A stretch of 64,000 nt of DNA, taken from the human T2T-CHM13v2.0 reference genome, Homo sapiens. The notes below the pieces were generated by a model. That model was not told the origin of the DNA, searched no databases, and worked only from the letters and a program-made list of their open reading frames with translations. Positions 60,921-64,000 of the stretch are shown one piece after another; the first letter of the stretch is position 1, and every line of letters starts with the position of its first letter. Location of the stretch: assembly GCF_009914755.1 (NCBI RefSeq), contig NC_060936.1. One strand, 5' to 3'. The position numbers and the translations under genes were made by a program.

Positions 60921-61326
60921 TGGATTAGTCTGTTCTGATTCTGCTAATAAAGATATAGCCAAGACTGGGTAATTTATAAAGAAAAGAGGTTTAATCGACA
61001 CACAGTTCCATGGCTGTGTGGCCAGAGAGTCCTCACAATCATGGCAGAAGGTGAAGGAAGAGCAAAGTCACATCTCACATGGCAGCAGGCAAGAGATCTT
61101 ATGTAGGGGAACTCCCCTTTATAAAACCAGATCTCATGAGACCAGATCTCCCCTTTATAAAACTACCAGATCTCATGAGACTTCTCCAGTATCATGAGAA
61201 CAGCACAGGAAAGACCCACCCCTATGATTCAATTACCTCCCACTGGATCCCTCCCACAACACGTGGGAATTATGAGAGCTACAATTCAAGATGAGATTTG
61301 GGTAGGGACACAGCCAAATCATATCA
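60921..61326 (-). mobile_element. THE1 (MaLR) solo LTR
   Basis: ctgctaataaagatatagccaagactgggtaatttataaagaaaagaggtttaat...gatgagatttgggtagggacacagccaaatcatatca. TSD caggt/gaggt. Confidence 0.9.
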
Positions 61327-64000
61327 GAGGTCTATTTTAAGACATATTATACCATATTCAATATCATATCTTTGTTTTGTACCCTAACTCTGTAGACACC
61401 TGTGAACTCTATGTCACTTTTATTCACCTTTGCATCTCCAAGGCCTATAGCACTAGGCAGAAATACACTTAAAAATATGTTTAACTATTTTAACTATCTT
61501 GCATTGTTGTGATATTTTTGCAGTGTGACATCCATCTTAAAAAGCAAAATGTGCACAATCTTCCTCCAAATGTGCCATTCTCAGTGGTTCCTTTGCCTTT
61601 AGAGGCGAAAGCTTCATTCGTACAAACCAGACTTCCCTCTCTGTTTCATTAATGGACTTAGAGGCTTCCTGTTCAGTAACCAGCAATGAAAAATTACTTT
61701 TAATTACTTCTTCTAACCCAGGAAAGGCATGCCATTTTTCAGTTACCAGGTATAGATGGCAATAGAGAGAGATGAGAGATGTGGAGCAAAAACTCTCATA
61801 CAACCCATTCCCCACCTACCACGGCCCAGCCCAGGGAGGAAGCACAGCTTCAGGGCTCTGGCTGCAATGTACAGGCAACAGGAATATGAAAAGAGGTGCA
61901 CGGACACAGGTGGTCCCAAGAGAGGGTGATGGAGACCCGTGCTGTCCTCCCAGCCCCATATATGTGCAGGGCACTCCTGGCGTCTGTGGGCTGCCACCCG
62001 GATCCAGCAAACATTCTTCTTGAAGGCCCAAAGAACTTTGCTTCCTCCTCTTTATCATGAACTGATCAATAGATATTTTCCATGAGCCCTACTGAGTGCC
62101 AGGCCAGGTTCTATGCTCTGGGGAAGCAGTAGTGAGTGAAACAGATTTGTCCTCTGTGCCTGGGAAGCTTATATTTTAGAAAACGGGAGGGAGACATTAC
62201 AAAAATATTAAAACATAATAATAGTTATAATTTCATGTGTGTTTAATGGGTTCCTCACTTCTATTCTCCCCTTTTCTTGGAAGGCTGAATATTGGCAAAC
62301 TCACTATTTTTAATCTGAAGAGCTGACCTTGCAATGTGGTTTCCTGCCCATTCTATTATTAATAGAATCTTGAACCAAAGCAAGTAGAATCACGTGTGTG
62401 AAAGGCCTGATCTCCTACTCAAAACCATCCAGGAATTAAACAGCATGGATGATATCTCAGTTCAAGTTCCTTGCGTGTGAGGGGGGATTGAAGAAGCTGC
62501 CAACAGAGGGACCATCAGCTACTTGGGTCCTTCCTGTGATGTCCCTGAGAGCAGAGGCATGGTGGTGGTGTGGGGAGGTTAGGGGAGCTTTGTAGTTGCC
62601 TCTGCCACTGGATGCAGACACCTCAGGCATGGTAGGATTCCTCTGAGCCTCAGGCTCTGCATCTGGAATAGAGGGTATTCATTCTCAGCTTCACAAAGCT
62701 ACTATCTAAGCATCAAATCAGAGCAATTTGGAAACGGTGAAGGGCGGACCACATCTCAGTGACATGACTGTGTTTTGCTTTGAGTGGGGTAAAGGGAAAG
62801 CAAGCTTTTAACAGGAAAAGTGGAATAAAATGCTCAGGAACACCTAAGGAACAAACCCACCCTGGAACACACAGTGGCTGTGAAATAATGAGGTTGCTTT
62901 CTAGGCCGTGGCATGGAAAGCCTCCGGGATTTACTGTGGAATGAGAAAACTGAACAAGAGCAGCATGGTGTATACAGCGTACTCCATTCAGTGCAAGAAT
63001 GAAAAAGGAAAAGGTATAATAGTGTGCATTATTATTTTATTTTATTTAAAAAAAACAAGAAGAAAAATGAAAAAATACTACAGATAGAATTGGAAGGAAA
63101 TTGCTGGAAGTAGATAGGGTGAGGATAAACTTTTCAATGTATACTTTTTATGTTGTTTGATTTTGGACTAAGTTATTATGTTTCTTTTTTCAAAAAATAA
63201 AATAAGTTTTAAACATTGAGCAATGTTTTTCTTCTCTGGTATCCTTCCATCTTGAGCAGTTTCTGCAGTACTTCAGAAACAGAACATAGAGAGAATTTAA
63301 TTTCCTGGACTCTTTAGATCAGGAAACTTAACTTGACTTTCTTCCTATTGAGGATATCAAGATATTTGGGTATGTTAATCTACTGCCATCTTCAGAAGCT
63401 TTCCCTTCAAGGAGAAAATGCCTTTCAGCTTAAGCAACAAAATATTTGCTTAGGTGTATTATTAATATACCACTCTGGAAGCAAAGTTTTCTGAATAATT
63501 CAAAGATTGTTGAGCAGAGAAAACCTGTCATCCTGTAATCAGTGTTTTATCTTATATTTTCACCAGCCCTTGAAATTACTCTTCAGTGACGCTTACTGGC
63601 ACAATCTGCTACAAGAAACAGCTAGACGTTTTTGACTGTACAGCTTAGTTTTGGGCTTCTGTCCTCTGCAAGAAAAAGAAAACATCACTGAAACAAACAC
63701 TGGTGATCTGGAAAGAAGCCAAAGCATGATATAAATAACCTGCTTGAGGCTGATCAGGCCCCATAACCCTCAAATGCCACCTTCTTCTCAGTGGCCGATG
63801 AAGTCTCAAAAGGTCTTTAACGACACCATCAGTTAGTTCCTCTTCTGTCTCCTCCTCTTTCTCCTTTCTTCTCATTCCCCCTTCTTACTCTTTCCCTTCC
63901 TCCTCCTCCATCTTCATCATCTTCTTTTTCTTCTCCTTGTTCTTACCCAAGACAAGGAAGAGGAAGAATGATTTTGGTGGAGAGGTAGCTGTTCTGTCAT

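Noticed and set aside
63645-63960. Acidic EDDEDGG... stretch on the minus strand as a possible upstream TMEM132B exon (SDDEDDEEKKGRG)
   Set aside because: GA-rich low-complexity sequence; the expected following CSLQYQHA..VLTQF motif is absent.

Overview
Primate (human-like) intergenic DNA dense in interspersed repeats: 13 Alus (J and S types), L1M, L2, MIR, MaLR/ERVL/ERV1/ERVK LTRs, and hAT/Tigger DNA transposons. I found no intact protein-coding gene. Main non-routine content: (1) an intron-containing, decayed duplicate of the last two exons of TMEM132B on the minus strand (about 56574-58828). It carries nonsense codons, frameshifts, a solo LTR22 (HML-5) insertion and a locally templated 65-bp insertion, and its homology ends within the transmembrane helix. 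(2) An ancient direct duplication, 1-2910 vs about 27905-29970, recognisable only as diverged colinear blocks. (3) An orphan CpG island with co-oriented CTCF-like motifs (about 19660-19905). (4) A 3'-truncated U1 snRNA pseudogene next to a local duplication. (5) Two minisatellites that arose inside old TEs, plus several short local doublets and hairpins. Repeat family names and protein matches come from recalled consensus sequences, not from a search, and boundaries of old repeats are approximate.
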